Positions 1 through 10,809 of a stretch of DNA of 56,694 bases are shown here, piece after piece. This DNA is from an uncultured Eubacteriaceae bacterium. GTDB taxonomy: Bacteria > Bacillota > Clostridia > Eubacteriales > UBA1433. A model generated the notes under the pieces. That model did not search any database. It saw nothing but the letters and a program-made list of their open reading frames with translations, and had not been told where the DNA came from. Position 1 is the first letter of the stretch; the number at the start of each line of letters is the position of its first letter. Location of the stretch: contig CALFLU010000093.1 of the NCBI GenBank assembly GCA_937880125.1, positions 1 to 56,694 on the forward strand, written 5' to 3'. The translations under genes and the position numbers were made by a program.

Positions 1-17
1 TCTTTGGGAGCCCTACT

Positions 18-46
18 AATATAACAACTATTCCCTCCCTTGTCAA
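18..46 (-). promoter_or_regulatory. Sigma-70-like promoter firing leftwards out of the window
   Basis: The minus strand reads TTGACA (46..41), a 17-nt spacer, then TATATT (23..18). The gene it would serve lies outside the window. Confidence 0.35.
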
Positions 47-108
47 CACCTTTTTTACTTTTTCTTTACTTTATTTTGAAATTCGATTGTTTATTTCAAA
101 TATCTTCT

Positions 109-150
109 GAAAAACAAAAACACTGCGCAAGCGCAGTGTTTTTGTTTTTC
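109..150. terminator. Bidirectional intrinsic terminator
   Basis: Perfect palindrome gaaaaacaaaaacactgcgc-aa-gcgcagtgtttttgtttttc. The GC core hairpin is flanked by an A-run and a T-run. It lies 37 nt downstream of the stop of the 187..1389 gene. Confidence 0.75.
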
Positions 151-186
151 AGGAATATTATATTTTAAGCAAACATTAAACGTTGA

Positions 187-1389
187 TTAAACGGCTGCGC
201 TTTCTTTTGCAGCTCTGTCTCTGGCAGCAATGTTTCTGAAGCCAAGAATCCAAAGCGGAAGAATAATCGCGAACCAGTTATAAATACCGAGGTATTTATA
301 CGCTACTTGAACAACCCACATCAGTCCGAGGGAAGATACTGCCCAGATAACAACCAATACAACAGCAGCGATGATCCCTTTGCGAACTTTTTCGTTTGCC
401 AAGTTTTTCAAGACATAAGGATTCAGTCTTTCAACCAAAGCAAATGTCAAGCCTACTGCGGTGGTTACCAAAGCGAGGAACAGCAAAATCGGATACAATA
501 CCGACAAAATCGGCATGTCGAGCTGTCCTACCATGTACAATGTCGGCAGAACTTTTGCTTCCGGATTTGTGTACACTTCGGGCATTCCTGCGAAAATCAA
601 CAGAACAACACCGGCCAGCATCAGCGAGTTCAGAATATATCCGAAAATTACTGCGCCTTTGGTTTCGCTCTTTGTTTTTCCGCCTTTGAATGAGTTGGCG
701 AATGCACCGATAATACCCATTTGGAAGCCCGCATAGGTCAGCGCCCATAAGAACGCATTACCAAAGCTTGCCGGGGTGGTTGCAGCTGCAGCACCTACCA
801 CGCTCCATTTGGTTGCTTCGGGGTTAACATATTTTTGCGCATACAATTGTTTAATTTCCGGCGCAAATTTAACCAACCCTGCTACCAAAACAATGATAAC
901 AATGGAGATAATTGCTACTGTCATGATCATCGCGTTGTTTCGAACAACTTTTTCTCCGAAAATCGACAAGAACAAAACGATGAGGAACATCAGCAGCGAG
1001 CCCAAAAACGGCGGCCAGCCAAATTGTTGTTGACCCAATGTAGCACCTGCTGCGATACACGCTGCAGACGCTGCAATTGTCGTAATAACAATCGCGATTT
1101 CGATCAAAATCGATCCCAACAATCCGATGGGTTTGTAGGCTTCCATCGCCCAGTCATGATAAGTCCATTTGTCAGTTTGTCTTGCAGTTTCTGCGCCAAC
1201 GTAGTATGTGATTGCAATGATAAAAATTGTCAGAAACGGCAATAACGGCCCATACCAGCCATGGTTTGCAAAGTATTGGAGTTCTTGTGTACCGGACGCA
1301 AAACCGGCGCCGCAGTGTGTGGAAAACCAAACTGTTGCCGCACCAATGCTTACGGGCGTAAACATCTTACCTTTTTTTACAGTTTCCAT
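187..1389 (-). CDS. Multi-pass membrane transporter, YkvI/COG3949-like (tentative family call)
   Basis: 400-aa ORF, hydrophobic throughout with about 11-12 predicted TM segments. The RBS AAGGAGAGAG precedes the ATG. The N-terminus (GAATVWFSTHCGAGFASGTQELQYF) resembles YkvI-type permeases as I recall them. Confidence 0.6.
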   Translation of the reverse strand: METVKKGKMFTPVSIGAATVWFSTHCGAGFASGTQELQYFANHGWYGPLLPFLTIFIIAITYYVGAETARQTDKWTYHDWAMEAYKPIGLLGSILIEIAIVITTIAASAACIAAGATLGQQQFGWPPFLGSLLMFLIVLFLSIFGEKVVRNNAMIMTVAIISIVIIVLVAGLVKFAPEIKQLYAQKYVNPEATKWSVVGAAAATTPASFGNAFLWALTYAGFQMGIIGAFANSFKGGKTKSETKGAVIFGYILNSLMLAGVVLLIFAGMPEVYTNPEAKVLPTLYMVGQLDMPILSVLYPILLFLALVTTAVGLTFALVERLNPYVLKNLANEKVRKGIIAAVVLVVIWAVSSLGLMWVVQVAYKYLGIYNWFAIILPLWILGFRNIAARDRAAKESAAV

Positions 1390-1505
1390 TTCTCTCTCCT
1401 TATAATTTTACAAAGTTTGTTTTCTCAACCTCTCCCGTCCCTGCCCCCTACTTCGAATTTAATAATAAAACAATTTCGTCGATTGCTTAAAATATATCCT
1501 AAATA

Positions 1506-2453
1506 TTATTTGTTCGTGCCGAATTGCACGTCGTATGTGTCTTGCAAAATATGAGAAAGTTTCACAATTACGTCATTGACGGGTGTAGGAACTCCTGTTT
1601 CGAGGCCGCCTCTTACCACAGCGCCGTTGAGGAAATCAACTTCCGTCTTTCTCTTATTCATAATGTCTTGTGTTGCCGACGGATAATGGTCTCTTGTTTT
1701 GGGGAGCAATCCGTTGACATAAGCATCCCATGCATCTTCAAAGGTAATGTTGATGCCTTTCGCTTGTGCTACTGCTACGAGTTCTCTGGCAATGGCTTCT
1801 TCCAACGCTGAGCCGTCGGGATGATCCCAAAACTGTCCCATGTTGACTCTGGCAATGCCGCAAGTGAGGTTTACGCAAGAATTAACGAGAAGCTTTTTCC
1901 AAATAAATTCATTGGTCGCATCCGAAAATTCTGTTACGAGACCGCCTTTGTTCAGCACGTCTTCGATTTCTTGCCAAATAGGTGTCTTTGTTTTTGTTTC
2001 GTTGCAGAAATGAATGGCAACTCCCAATCCGGGGTTACCGTAGATGGATCCCGGCTCTCTGAGAAAGCTGGAAATGTTGAGTGTGCCGTATCCGATTTTT
2101 TCATCCGGCAAAAACTCTTTCATGATGTCCACGTTTCCAACGCCGTTTTGCAGAGAAATTGCCACGGTTTCCGGACCAAACAACGCTGTTGCGCCTTCCA
2201 GCGCGCTCTTTGTGTAAAGTCCTTTTACCAATACTACCACTACGTCTACTTCTCCTGCCTCTTGCGGTGTCAACACAGCTTTCATTTTGATAACTTCTGT
2301 GTTTTCACCCACTTGCATTGTCAATCCTTCTTGTGCGATTTTTTCCATATGCGCTTGGAAAGGGTCGACTAGTACAACGTCTGCACCTCCCTTTTGCATA
2401 TGTGCGCCAATAAAGCTACCCATTGCTCCTGCGCCTAAAATTGCTACTTTCAT
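1506..2453 (-). CDS. 2-dehydropantoate 2-reductase family oxidoreductase (ApbA/PanE-like)
   Basis: N-terminal Rossmann motif MKVAILGAGAMGSFIG. Length 315 aa. The C-terminal region (PSATQDIMNKRKTEVDFLNG) is typical of ketopantoate reductase. The RBS AAGGAGGTAGAG lies upstream. Confidence 0.75.
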   Translation of the reverse strand: MKVAILGAGAMGSFIGAHMQKGGADVVLVDPFQAHMEKIAQEGLTMQVGENTEVIKMKAVLTPQEAGEVDVVVVLVKGLYTKSALEGATALFGPETVAISLQNGVGNVDIMKEFLPDEKIGYGTLNISSFLREPGSIYGNPGLGVAIHFCNETKTKTPIWQEIEDVLNKGGLVTEFSDATNEFIWKKLLVNSCVNLTCGIARVNMGQFWDHPDGSALEEAIARELVAVAQAKGINITFEDAWDAYVNGLLPKTRDHYPSATQDIMNKRKTEVDFLNGAVVRGGLETGVPTPVNDVIVKLSHILQDTYDVQFGTNK

Positions 2454-2477
2454 AAAACACTCTACCTCCTTATATTT

Positions 2478-2510
2478 ATTACCAACATATACGAAGTATA
2501 TGTTGGTAAT
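2478..2510. repeat. Perfect 15-bp inverted repeat with a 3-nt spacer, just upstream of the reductase start
   Basis: attaccaacatatac-gaa-gtatatgttggtaat. The repeat ends 25 nt upstream of the ATG at 2453 on the minus strand. Confidence 0.8.
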
Positions 2511-2681
2511 TTAAAACGTTTACGGGAGAATTTTATCACAGTTATTTGTTTATGTCAATCTTCGAATTGAAAGAAAAATACGGTTTTTTGTCTTTAAATG
2601 CATGCTGAAATTTGCAGCTGCCGCACATTTTGTCTTTTATCAAATACTGTGTGTTTTCAATATATTTTTTTATAAACCGCT

Positions 2682-3083
2682 TTAAATTTCTTTTTTTTCT
2701 TTCAGCAAATCCCTGATTTCCGTCAAAAGTTTTTGATCTTTTGTATCTTCTTCCTCTTTTTCTTCTTCCTTCTTTTTAAATTTACTCAAAAGGCGCACAG
2801 CCACAAAAATGAAGAAAGCAATAATAACAAAATCGATGATGTTTTGAAGAAAAAGTCCATACTTCACAACAACAGGGTCCGCCCCCGCATTGGACTGCAC
2901 CGTCCATGCCAATTCGGCAATATTGGTTTTGCCGAAGAGCAGGCCCACCAAGGGCATAATCACATCCGCAACGAGCGAAGTGACAATTTTGCCGAAGGCA
3001 CCGCCGATTACAACGGCTACCGCCAAATCAATAACATTGCCCTTTACTGCAAATTCTTTGAATTCTTTAAAAAACTTTTTCAT
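2682..3083 (-). CDS. mscL: Large-conductance mechanosensitive channel MscL
   Basis: 133 aa. N-terminus KEFKEFAVKGNVIDLAVAVVIGGAFGKIV, two TM segments and a charged C-terminal tail (KKKEEEKEEED). Confidence 0.92.
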   Translation of the reverse strand: MKKFFKEFKEFAVKGNVIDLAVAVVIGGAFGKIVTSLVADVIMPLVGLLFGKTNIAELAWTVQSNAGADPVVVKYGLFLQNIIDFVIIAFFIFVAVRLLSKFKKKEEEKEEEDTKDQKLLTEIRDLLKEKKEI

Positions 3084-3136
3084 TTCTACCTCCTGTTTCT
3101 ACTCTCTGCTTGTAAAAAATATTTATACATCCGTCG

Positions 3137-4636
3137 TCAAACGGTAGGTTTCATCGTGGGAAACAAAATTACATCGCGAATCGAATGTTGATCGGTAAAA
3201 AGCATGACCATTCTGTCAATGCCGATACCCACACCGCCCGTGGGCGGAAGTGCCGTTTCCAGGGCGTTGATGAAATCTTTATCAAAGGGGTGTGTTTCAT
3301 CGTCGCCTTGTTCTTTTTTCGTCATCTGTGCAAGAAATCTTTCCTTTTGGTCTATGGGGTCGTTTAACTCGCTGAAACCGTTGGAATATTCTTTTCCGCC
3401 GATAAACAATTCAAACCGCTGCGTATAACGCTCATCAAGTGGGTCTTTTTTCGCAAGGGGAGAAATTTCCACCGGGTGATGTGTCACAAAGGTCGGCTGC
3501 ACCAGATGTTCTTCGACGTAATTGTCAAAAGCTTCTTCAATAATCTTTCCGATTCCCCAACCTTCTTTGGCTTCCATGTTCAACTGCTTCGCCGCTTGCA
3601 CGGCTTGGCTTACTTCCGTCATCGCATCGAAATCCACATTTGTATATTGTTTTACCAAATCAACCATTCTGGCACGTGCAAAAGGCGCTGTCAATTCTAT
3701 CGTCTTACCTTGATAGACAACGCTTTGTGCTCCCAGCAATTCCTCACCCACATAGGCAAACAATTCTTCGATCATTTTCATGACATCCTGGTAATCCACG
3801 TAAGCCTCATAGCTTTCCAACATCGTAAATTCAGGGTTGTGTGTGGCGTCCATCCCCTCATTGCGAAACACACGGCCGATTTCGTAGACTTTGTCAAATC
3901 CGCCGACAATCAAACGCTTCAAAGGCAGCTCCAGGGCGATGCGCATATACATGGCAATATCCAACGTGTTATGGTGCGTCACAAAAGGACGCGCATTGGC
4001 ACCGCCCGCCAGTGTTGCCAACACCGGCGTTTCCACTTCAATAAATCCGCGTCGGTCCATGAAGTTTCGAACCGATTGAATCAGTTTCGAGCGCGTCAAA
4101 AAAATATTCTTCACCTCGGGATTGACAATCAAATCCACATAACGTTGCCGATAGCGCAAATCCGGGTCTTTAAGCCCGTGAAACTTCTCCGGAAGAATTG
4201 TTAACGACTTGGATAACAGCTTGGTTGTCTGCACGCGAATCGAAATTTGTCCCATCTTTGTTTTGAAGACTTCGCCGCTTGCGCCGACAATATCACCGAT
4301 ATCATAATTTTTAATTTCTTCGTAGGCTTCCTCACCCACGGTGTCTTTGCGAATAAATAATTGAATGCGCCCTGTAGAGTCCAATAAATCATAAAAAGAC
4401 ACTTTCCCTTGCCCGCGCTTTGCCATGATGCGACCCGCAAGATGAACAGGCTTTTCTTCCCATTCTTCAAAGTTTTCATTGATTGCCCCCGCATGGGCGT
4501 CTGTGGCAAAATGGGTTTGTTGGTAGGGATCATTTCCCTCGGCGCGCAATTTTTTCAACTTTTCGTGTCGAACTTGAATCATCTCGGAAAGATTTTCTTC
4601 GGAAATGTTGTTTTTTTCTTGATCTTCTTGTAGCAT
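3137..4636 (-). CDS. lysS: Lysine--tRNA ligase (class II)
   Basis: 499 aa with an N-terminal OB-fold region. Class II motifs are present (FRNEGMDATHNPEFTMLE and GGVGIGIDRMVMLF). Confidence 0.96.
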   Translation of the reverse strand: MLQEDQEKNNISEENLSEMIQVRHEKLKKLRAEGNDPYQQTHFATDAHAGAINENFEEWEEKPVHLAGRIMAKRGQGKVSFYDLLDSTGRIQLFIRKDTVGEEAYEEIKNYDIGDIVGASGEVFKTKMGQISIRVQTTKLLSKSLTILPEKFHGLKDPDLRYRQRYVDLIVNPEVKNIFLTRSKLIQSVRNFMDRRGFIEVETPVLATLAGGANARPFVTHHNTLDIAMYMRIALELPLKRLIVGGFDKVYEIGRVFRNEGMDATHNPEFTMLESYEAYVDYQDVMKMIEELFAYVGEELLGAQSVVYQGKTIELTAPFARARMVDLVKQYTNVDFDAMTEVSQAVQAAKQLNMEAKEGWGIGKIIEEAFDNYVEEHLVQPTFVTHHPVEISPLAKKDPLDERYTQRFELFIGGKEYSNGFSELNDPIDQKERFLAQMTKKEQGDDETHPFDKDFINALETALPPTGGVGIGIDRMVMLFTDQHSIRDVILFPTMKPTV

Positions 4637-4645
4637 GCTATCCTC

Positions 4646-5122
4646 TTATTCTGCAGAAATTACTTTAAACGTCACCTGACCACCCGGTGTCATCAATTCA
4701 ACAATATCGCCTTCACGCTTGCCGATCAGTGCACTGCCCAAGGGTGATTCATTAGACAATTTTCCGTTATCGGGATCTCCCTCACCACTGCCCAAGAGCG
4801 TATAGGTTAACGTTTCATCATATTTGGTATCATATACGGTAACTTTATCGCCGATATTGATAATTCCGTCACGTTTTGATTTTTTTGCAACCTTTGCGTT
4901 GCTGAGTTTTCGCTCGAGCTCCAAAATTTTGCCTTCCAAAAAAGCCTGCTCATTTTTGGCTTCCTCGTACTCGGCATTCTCGCTCAAGTCGCCGTATTCG
5001 CGGGCTGCCTTGATTTTTTCGGCGATATCATTTCTCGCTTCGCCGCGCAAATAGTCGAGCTCTTTTTTAATTTCATTATAGCCTTCTTCGGTTAAAATAA
5101 TATCTTTATTTGCTGTGCTCAC
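4646..5122 (-). CDS. greA: Transcription elongation factor GreA
   Basis: 158 aa with a coiled-coil N-terminus (LRGEARNDIAEKIKAAREYGDLSENAEYEEAK) and a C-terminal FKBP-like domain. GTG start with AAAGGA about 11 nt upstream. Confidence 0.95.
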   Translation of the reverse strand: MSTANKDIILTEEGYNEIKKELDYLRGEARNDIAEKIKAAREYGDLSENAEYEEAKNEQAFLEGKILELERKLSNAKVAKKSKRDGIINIGDKVTVYDTKYDETLTYTLLGSGEGDPDNGKLSNESPLGSALIGKREGDIVELMTPGGQVTFKVISAE

Positions 5123-5171
5123 ATCATTTGTATCCTTTCGCTTTTTGAAAAAGATTCAATCCAATCATTTT

Positions 5172-5200
5172 ATTATAATAAAGTGATTTTTTTCTGTCAA
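5172..5200 (-). promoter_or_regulatory. Consensus sigma-70 promoter for greA-lysS
   Basis: The minus strand reads TTGACA (5200..5195), a 17-nt spacer, then TATAAT (5177..5172), about 50 nt upstream of the greA start. Confidence 0.65.
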
Positions 5201-5461
5201 GACAATGTTATCCGATTCATGGAGAATTGGCTGATAATCATCGTTTTACAGGCAATAATCCCTTCAACGCTTTGTTTATGCGAGTATTTTCACATATCAT
5301 TAAACAAAAATATCTTTTTCTTTTACCCATGTTATAAAAACCGTGTGCGACGCAAAATTCCAGCATCACCGCAGCATTGTTTTGAAGTACTGCCCTGTTT
5401 CATTTGCTTACACAGGTTTACACTGTTTTTTCAACTGCGCACAACATTATTATATGTAAAT

Positions 5462-5503
5462 AAAAAATCCCCTTGGACATCATTGTTCAAGGGGATTTTT
5501 ATT
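5462..5503 (-). terminator. Intrinsic terminator of the V-ATPase operon
   Basis: Hairpin aatcccctt...aaggggatt flanked by A and T runs, directly after the subunit D stop at 5514. Confidence 0.75.
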
Positions 5504-5513
5504 TCAGCTGTTT

Positions 5514-6170
5514 TTAATACGCATTACTCTTGCGTGCTTCTTGCACCATCATGTCTTTTACTTTCATCAGTCGGCTCAAATTGCCGCGCTCATTTTCGTC
5601 CAGTTTCATGACAATATAGCGAATGGTTTCTTCCAGCTGTGGAATCATAACATATTCCAACGCATTTACTCTTCGTCTTGTCTTTTCAATTTCTCTTGAA
5701 AGCAGCTGCACAGATTTTTCCACCTGCGCCAGTTGCAGCAAATCCGGAAGTATTTGCGAAAGCGACAACACGGCATCGTCTAATTCTCCTGAAGTGGTTG
5801 CAAAACCATAGGGGAAAATTTCGGAAGGGTCTTCGTTGGAAGTTTTGAATTCATACATCGGCACAGATACCGACATAATGTTTTTGTATTCAAAATCCAA
5901 AGATACGCTTTGTTTGGGATACAGCAGCGCTTCTTCCAAAAACTCCGGAGACATTGCCGCAGAAGCCACGGTAAAACTTTGGTTCGCTTTGATTAGTGCA
6001 TCTTCGACCTTCAGACGCAACGCACGGTTGTGGCGAACAATTTCCAAAAATTGTTTCATCAACTCGTCACGTTTGTCTTTGAGCAATTTGTGACCGCGCA
6101 TAGCGGTTCTCAGTCGAATCTTTAAGCGAGTCAGCTCCATTCGGGTAGGATTGACTGCCAATCTTGCCAT
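5514..6170 (-). CDS. ntpD: V-type ATP synthase subunit D
   Basis: 218 aa. The N-terminus [37 protein letters not shown] is typical of V/A-ATPase subunit D. It is the last gene of the operon. Confidence 0.93.
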   Translation of the reverse strand: MARLAVNPTRMELTRLKIRLRTAMRGHKLLKDKRDELMKQFLEIVRHNRALRLKVEDALIKANQSFTVASAAMSPEFLEEALLYPKQSVSLDFEYKNIMSVSVPMYEFKTSNEDPSEIFPYGFATTSGELDDAVLSLSQILPDLLQLAQVEKSVQLLSREIEKTRRRVNALEYVMIPQLEETIRYIVMKLDENERGNLSRLMKVKDMMVQEARKSNAY

Positions 6171-6189
6171 ATCAATTTCCTCCCTTCGT

Positions 6190-7596
6190 TTACTGTTCTA
6201 CAAAAGCTGCATTGTCTGCCAAATCGGCTTCTTGATAATACAAGTCAATGTGTTCTTCTTTAATACGCTTCAGCTCGTTTTTAGGCAGAATCGCAAGAAG
6301 TTCCCATCCCAAGTTCAATGTTTCTTCAATCGTGCGATCTGTTTCATATCCTTGAGATACGTAACGTTTTTCAAACTCGTCTGCAAATTTTGCATACAAT
6401 TTATCAATATCGGTCAATGCGGCTTCACCCAAAATGGTCATGAGCTCTTTGGCATCTTTACCACGGGCATAGGCCGCAAACAATTGGTTCATCGTGCCTG
6501 CATGGTCATCACGTGTTTTGCCTTTACCAATCCCTTTGTCTTTCAAACGGGACAGCGACGGCAACACGTCGATGGGCGGACGAAGACCTTTACGATATAA
6601 TTCACGGGACAAAATGATCTGTCCTTCTGTGATGTAGCCCGTCAAATCGGGAATCGGATGGGTTTTATCATCCTCAGGCATGGACAGAATCGGTATCATC
6701 GTAATGGAACCTTCGCTGTCAAGCTTTCTTCCTGCACGTTCATACATCGTTGCAAGGTCAGTATAGAGGTATCCGGGATATCCGCGACGTCCGGGAACTT
6801 CTTTTCGTGCAGCGGATACTTCACGAAGGGCTTCAGCATAGTTGGTGATGTCGGTGATGATAACCAAAACCTGCATGCCCATATCAAATGCCAAATATTC
6901 TGCGGCTGTCAGCGCCATACGAGGTGTTGAAATACGCTCGATAGCGGGGTCATTTGCCAAGTTCATAAACAAAACGGTTCTGTCAATGGCACCGGTGCGT
7001 CTGAAGTCGGAAACAAAGAAGTCTGCTTCCTCAAACGTGATACCAACCGCCGCAAATACAACGGCAAATTTGGAATCAGTACCCAATACTTTCGCCTGAC
7101 GAGCGATTTGTGCCGCCAGCTGCGCGTGGGGAAGACCTGAGCCGGAGAAGATAGGAAGTTTTTGTCCTCGAACCAGCGTGTTCAGTCCGTCAATGGCTGA
7201 TACACCTGTTTGAATAAACTCGGAAGGATAGTCACGCGCTGCGGGATTCATCGGAACACCGTTGATGTCCAATCTTTTATCCGGCAAAATTTCGGGACCG
7301 CCGTCGATGGGTCTGCCAAGGCCGTCAAAGACACGACCGAGCATATCTTCCGATACACCGAGTTCAATACCATGACCCAAGAAGCGTACCTTGGAGTCTG
7401 CAAGGTTGATACCGGCAGAGGCTTCAAACAATTGAACAAGCACGTTGGTTCCGTTCAATTCCAAAACACGGCATCGGCGAAGTTCACCGTTTTGCAGTTC
7501 AATTTCGCCCAATTCGTCGTAGCCTACATCCGATACATCCGAAACCAGCATCAGAGGACCAGCTACTTCACGTATTGTCCTATACTCTTTAATCAT
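6190..7596 (-). CDS. ntpB: V-type ATP synthase subunit B
   Basis: 468 aa with a non-catalytic nucleotide-binding fold ([14 protein letters not shown] and [15 protein letters not shown]). Confidence 0.96.
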   Translation of the reverse strand: MIKEYRTIREVAGPLMLVSDVSDVGYDELGEIELQNGELRRCRVLELNGTNVLVQLFEASAGINLADSKVRFLGHGIELGVSEDMLGRVFDGLGRPIDGGPEILPDKRLDINGVPMNPAARDYPSEFIQTGVSAIDGLNTLVRGQKLPIFSGSGLPHAQLAAQIARQAKVLGTDSKFAVVFAAVGITFEEADFFVSDFRRTGAIDRTVLFMNLANDPAIERISTPRMALTAAEYLAFDMGMQVLVIITDITNYAEALREVSAARKEVPGRRGYPGYLYTDLATMYERAGRKLDSEGSITMIPILSMPEDDKTHPIPDLTGYITEGQIILSRELYRKGLRPPIDVLPSLSRLKDKGIGKGKTRDDHAGTMNQLFAAYARGKDAKELMTILGEAALTDIDKLYAKFADEFEKRYVSQGYETDRTIEETLNLGWELLAILPKNELKRIKEEHIDLYYQEADLADNAAFVEQ

Positions 7597-9365
7597 TATC
7601 TTTCACCTCCCTCTTCAGCGATTTTCGCAATTTCTTCATCTATGTTCTTCAAAATTTTTGCATATTCCTCTTTGTGTGCTTCCTGACTTACGTCTTTTGC
7701 ACGACCAATCAAGTCTCTGGCGGGAATGGTGAAGATTTTTTCCATGTCCGCACCGCCTACAATGGCACTGCGTGCGACTTTGGAATAATGCAAAATGACT
7801 TCCATCAAGCCCATCTGTTTTTCCAATGATGTGTAAGAGTCTGTGTCAGAAAAAGCATTTTGTTGCAGGAAGTCTTCACGGAGCATACGCGCCACTTCCA
7901 TGGTCAGTCTGTCTGCCGGTGACAAGGCGTCAATACCTACCAAGCGAACAATTTCATTCAATTCGCTCTCGGTTTGCAGAATCTGCATTGCCGTTTCACG
8001 GTTTGACATAAATTCTCGGCCCATGTTCTCGTTATACCAAGAACCCAATCTGTCTTCATACAGCGAATAGCTGTTGAGCCAGTTGATTGCCGGGAAGTGA
8101 CGGGCATAGGCCAGCGCACTGTCCAAGCCCCAGAATACTTTAACAATACGCAGTGTTGCCTGGGATACCGGCTCGGAAATGTCACCTCCGGGAGGAGACA
8201 CCGCACCAATTGCCGACAGTGCTGCGCTGCGATTGTCAGAACCCAAACAAACCACACGACCGGCACGCTCATAAAACTGTGCCAAACGAGATGTCAGGTA
8301 TGCAGGATAACCTTCTTCACCGGGCATTTCCTCGAGACGTCCGGACATTTCACGAAGTGCTTCCGCCCAACGGGATGTGGAGTCTGCAATCAGTGCCACG
8401 GCATAACCCATGTCTCTGAAGTACTCTGCAATGGTGATACCTGTATAAACCGATGCCTCACGTGCCGCAACGGGCATGTCAGAGGTATTGGCAATCAAAA
8501 CCGTACGTTGCATCAAGCTTTCGCCGGTTCTGGGGTCTTTGAGTTCGGGGAACTCCATCAAAACGTCTGTCATTTCGTTTCCGCGCTCGCCGCAGCCAAC
8601 ATAAATAACAATGTCCACGTCGCTCCATTTTGCCAGCTGATGCTGTACAACGGTTTTGCCGCTTCCAAAGGGTCCGGGCACTGCTGCCGTTCCGCCTTTG
8701 GCCATGGGGAAGAACGTATCAATAATACGCTGACCCGTAATCATGGGTATATCGGGCGGCAATTTTTCTTTATAGGGGCGTTCAACACGCACCGGCCATT
8801 TTTGCATCATGGTCAATTCTTTTTTACCTTTTTCGGTATCCACGACGCAAACAACCTCTTCAACGTTAAATTCTCCGCCTTTGATTTCTGCGATTTGACC
8901 TTCCACACCGTAAGGTACCATGATTTTATGCTCAACTACATTGGTTTCTTGAACAACGCCGATGATGTCTCCTGCGATGACTTTGTCACCTACACTTACT
9001 TTCGGTTCAAACTTCCATTTTGCATCTCTGGAAATTGAGGGCACGCTGATGCCTCTTGCAATATTCGAACCGACTTTTGCTCTGATTTCTTCAAGCGGAC
9101 GTTGAATTCCGTCATAAATGGTACTGATAAGCCCGGGTCCAAGTTCCACTGAAAGCGGGGAACCCAGTGTTACGACTTCATCGCCAACTCTGATGCCGGC
9201 GGTTTCTTCGTAAACCTGGATAGAAGCGTTTCCGCCGCGCATTTCTATGATTTCACCGATCAAACGCTGTTTGCCCACATGCACAACGTCAAACATATTT
9301 GCACTTGTCATTCCTTCTGCGACAACCAGCGGGCCGGCTACTTTGACAATTTTTCCGTTTTCCAT
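7596..9365 (-). CDS. ntpA: V-type ATP synthase catalytic subunit A
   Basis: 589 aa. Walker A motif GPFGSGKTV and the non-homologous insert typical of A subunits. Its stop overlaps the subunit B start by 1 nt. Confidence 0.97.
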   Translation of the reverse strand: MENGKIVKVAGPLVVAEGMTSANMFDVVHVGKQRLIGEIIEMRGGNASIQVYEETAGIRVGDEVVTLGSPLSVELGPGLISTIYDGIQRPLEEIRAKVGSNIARGISVPSISRDAKWKFEPKVSVGDKVIAGDIIGVVQETNVVEHKIMVPYGVEGQIAEIKGGEFNVEEVVCVVDTEKGKKELTMMQKWPVRVERPYKEKLPPDIPMITGQRIIDTFFPMAKGGTAAVPGPFGSGKTVVQHQLAKWSDVDIVIYVGCGERGNEMTDVLMEFPELKDPRTGESLMQRTVLIANTSDMPVAAREASVYTGITIAEYFRDMGYAVALIADSTSRWAEALREMSGRLEEMPGEEGYPAYLTSRLAQFYERAGRVVCLGSDNRSAALSAIGAVSPPGGDISEPVSQATLRIVKVFWGLDSALAYARHFPAINWLNSYSLYEDRLGSWYNENMGREFMSNRETAMQILQTESELNEIVRLVGIDALSPADRLTMEVARMLREDFLQQNAFSDTDSYTSLEKQMGLMEVILHYSKVARSAIVGGADMEKIFTIPARDLIGRAKDVSQEAHKEEYAKILKNIDEEIAKIAEEGGER

Positions 9366-9389
9366 ATTATTTCACCTTTCGTTAGATTT

Positions 9390-9704
9390 TTACTCACCGA
9401 GTATATCTGCGCCAACGGCGCGTTCAACTGCTTCTTTGACTGCTCTAAGCCCAATACCCAAACTTTCACCTTGACCCGGCATTAAGATAATGGCCGGTGT
9501 TACACGTTCGGCATATATGGCCAGCTCATGTTTGAGATCTGCAGCCATTTGCTCGGTAAGGTATATCACTGCATAATCTTCTTCAGCCATGCGATGAAGT
9601 TGTTCTTTCGCTTCCGCAGCGTCGTTTACCGCAACGGTTTCAATGCCAAGGGCCTTAAAACTCAGGACACTTTCCCTGTCACCTATTACTGCTATCTTAT
9701 ACAT
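9390..9704 (-). CDS. V-type ATP synthase subunit F
   Basis: 104 aa. MYKIAVIGDRESVLSFKALGIE is typical of subunit F. It overlaps the upstream subunit C gene by 8 nt. Confidence 0.88.
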   Translation of the reverse strand: MYKIAVIGDRESVLSFKALGIETVAVNDAAEAKEQLHRMAEEDYAVIYLTEQMAADLKHELAIYAERVTPAIILMPGQGESLGIGLRAVKEAVERAVGADILGE

Positions 9705-10725
9705 AAGTTTCCCTCAGCCTTTCCATAATTTCTTCCGGAGAAAGCCCTGCTTTTCTCGCTGCGAGCACCATGTTGATTGCCGTAAACTCTGTCTCCCTCG
9801 CCGCAATATAAGCAATGATATGCATTTCGCCGAAAGGCATATATTTTGCATTTTTCAAATAGTTCAAAAGCGCATTTTCAACCTGTGTGTCCACCAGAGC
9901 CAACCCTCTTCCTTCGCGCAATGCATCTGCCGCACTGTGCGCCGCTTCTTTGAGCGGAGAGGTCTCGAAAATGCTGATCAAACTTTCCGGTGTAATTTCA
10001 ACGCGCAAGCTGGACAGCGGAATATTACCGCCTTCGATAAAATATTTGCTGATCAGTGCACTGTCCTGATTCATCCTTTTTAGTCTGACTGCCGTTCGCA
10101 TGTTGATGCTGTCAATTTGTAATTTAACATACTCGATCAAGAAGTCGTTTTTTGCCTTATGTCCACGCTGTGATTCTTGAGCAAGCTCCATCATCTCCGC
10201 AAAGGCCGCTCTGTCCAAAACCGTATCCGAAAGTCGCGGATCTCCCGTTCGGGCAAGCACTTCTCTCGCTTCGTTTGCAGCATGCTTCATCGTAACAGTC
10301 AATTCGCCGTCAAGACCGATTACCGCACTGCTCACGGAGGCAATCATTTTTTTCAAGGGAATGCGACCGCCTTCCATCAACGTCGATTCATATTCCGTCT
10401 TTGCGGCTTCTCCCTTTAAAATAGCCTTCAGATTGTGATAATCATACTTTAAAAGAAATATCTGCACGACCGTTTTATCGGGCGCCATTTTTAACATGTC
10501 GTCCAATATTTCGGCACGCTTTTGTGCGACGGCAGCAGGTACTTGTGACAGACTACCAATTTCGCCATAGCCGCACTCTTCCAGCACTTTGAGCAATTCA
10601 TCGTCCGTTTTGGCTTCCGCCATGCGTCTGAGTCTCTCTGTTGTCATCAACGAACGCTCCAAAGAGCGAATTCTGGTGCTGGCGTACAGATAATCTATAT
10701 CTTGAATTTCCTGAAATCTTTCCAA
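9697..10725 (-). CDS. ntpC: V-type ATP synthase subunit C (d-like)
   Basis: 342 aa, helical, positioned between E and F as in Enterococcus-type ntp operons. TTG start with AAGGAG 9 nt upstream. Confidence 0.85.
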   Translation of the reverse strand: MERFQEIQDIDYLYASTRIRSLERSLMTTERLRRMAEAKTDDELLKVLEECGYGEIGSLSQVPAAVAQKRAEILDDMLKMAPDKTVVQIFLLKYDYHNLKAILKGEAAKTEYESTLMEGGRIPLKKMIASVSSAVIGLDGELTVTMKHAANEAREVLARTGDPRLSDTVLDRAAFAEMMELAQESQRGHKAKNDFLIEYVKLQIDSINMRTAVRLKRMNQDSALISKYFIEGGNIPLSSLRVEITPESLISIFETSPLKEAAHSAADALREGRGLALVDTQVENALLNYLKNAKYMPFGEMHIIAYIAARETEFTAINMVLAARKAGLSPEEIMERLRETYV

Positions 10726-10809
10726 GAGTCAGTACTCCTTTCTGTTCTTTGTCCTAAGCTTTTATTGTTTTATCAGGCAGGACAAACAACATAATTCATG
10801 ATCGTGCTG

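Noticed and set aside
8097-9038. 313-aa plus-strand ORF inside the V-ATPase subunit A gene
   Set aside because: It is antisense to a gene with a Walker A motif and full-length homology. Its composition (many Cys, His, Arg, Asn) is not protein-like.
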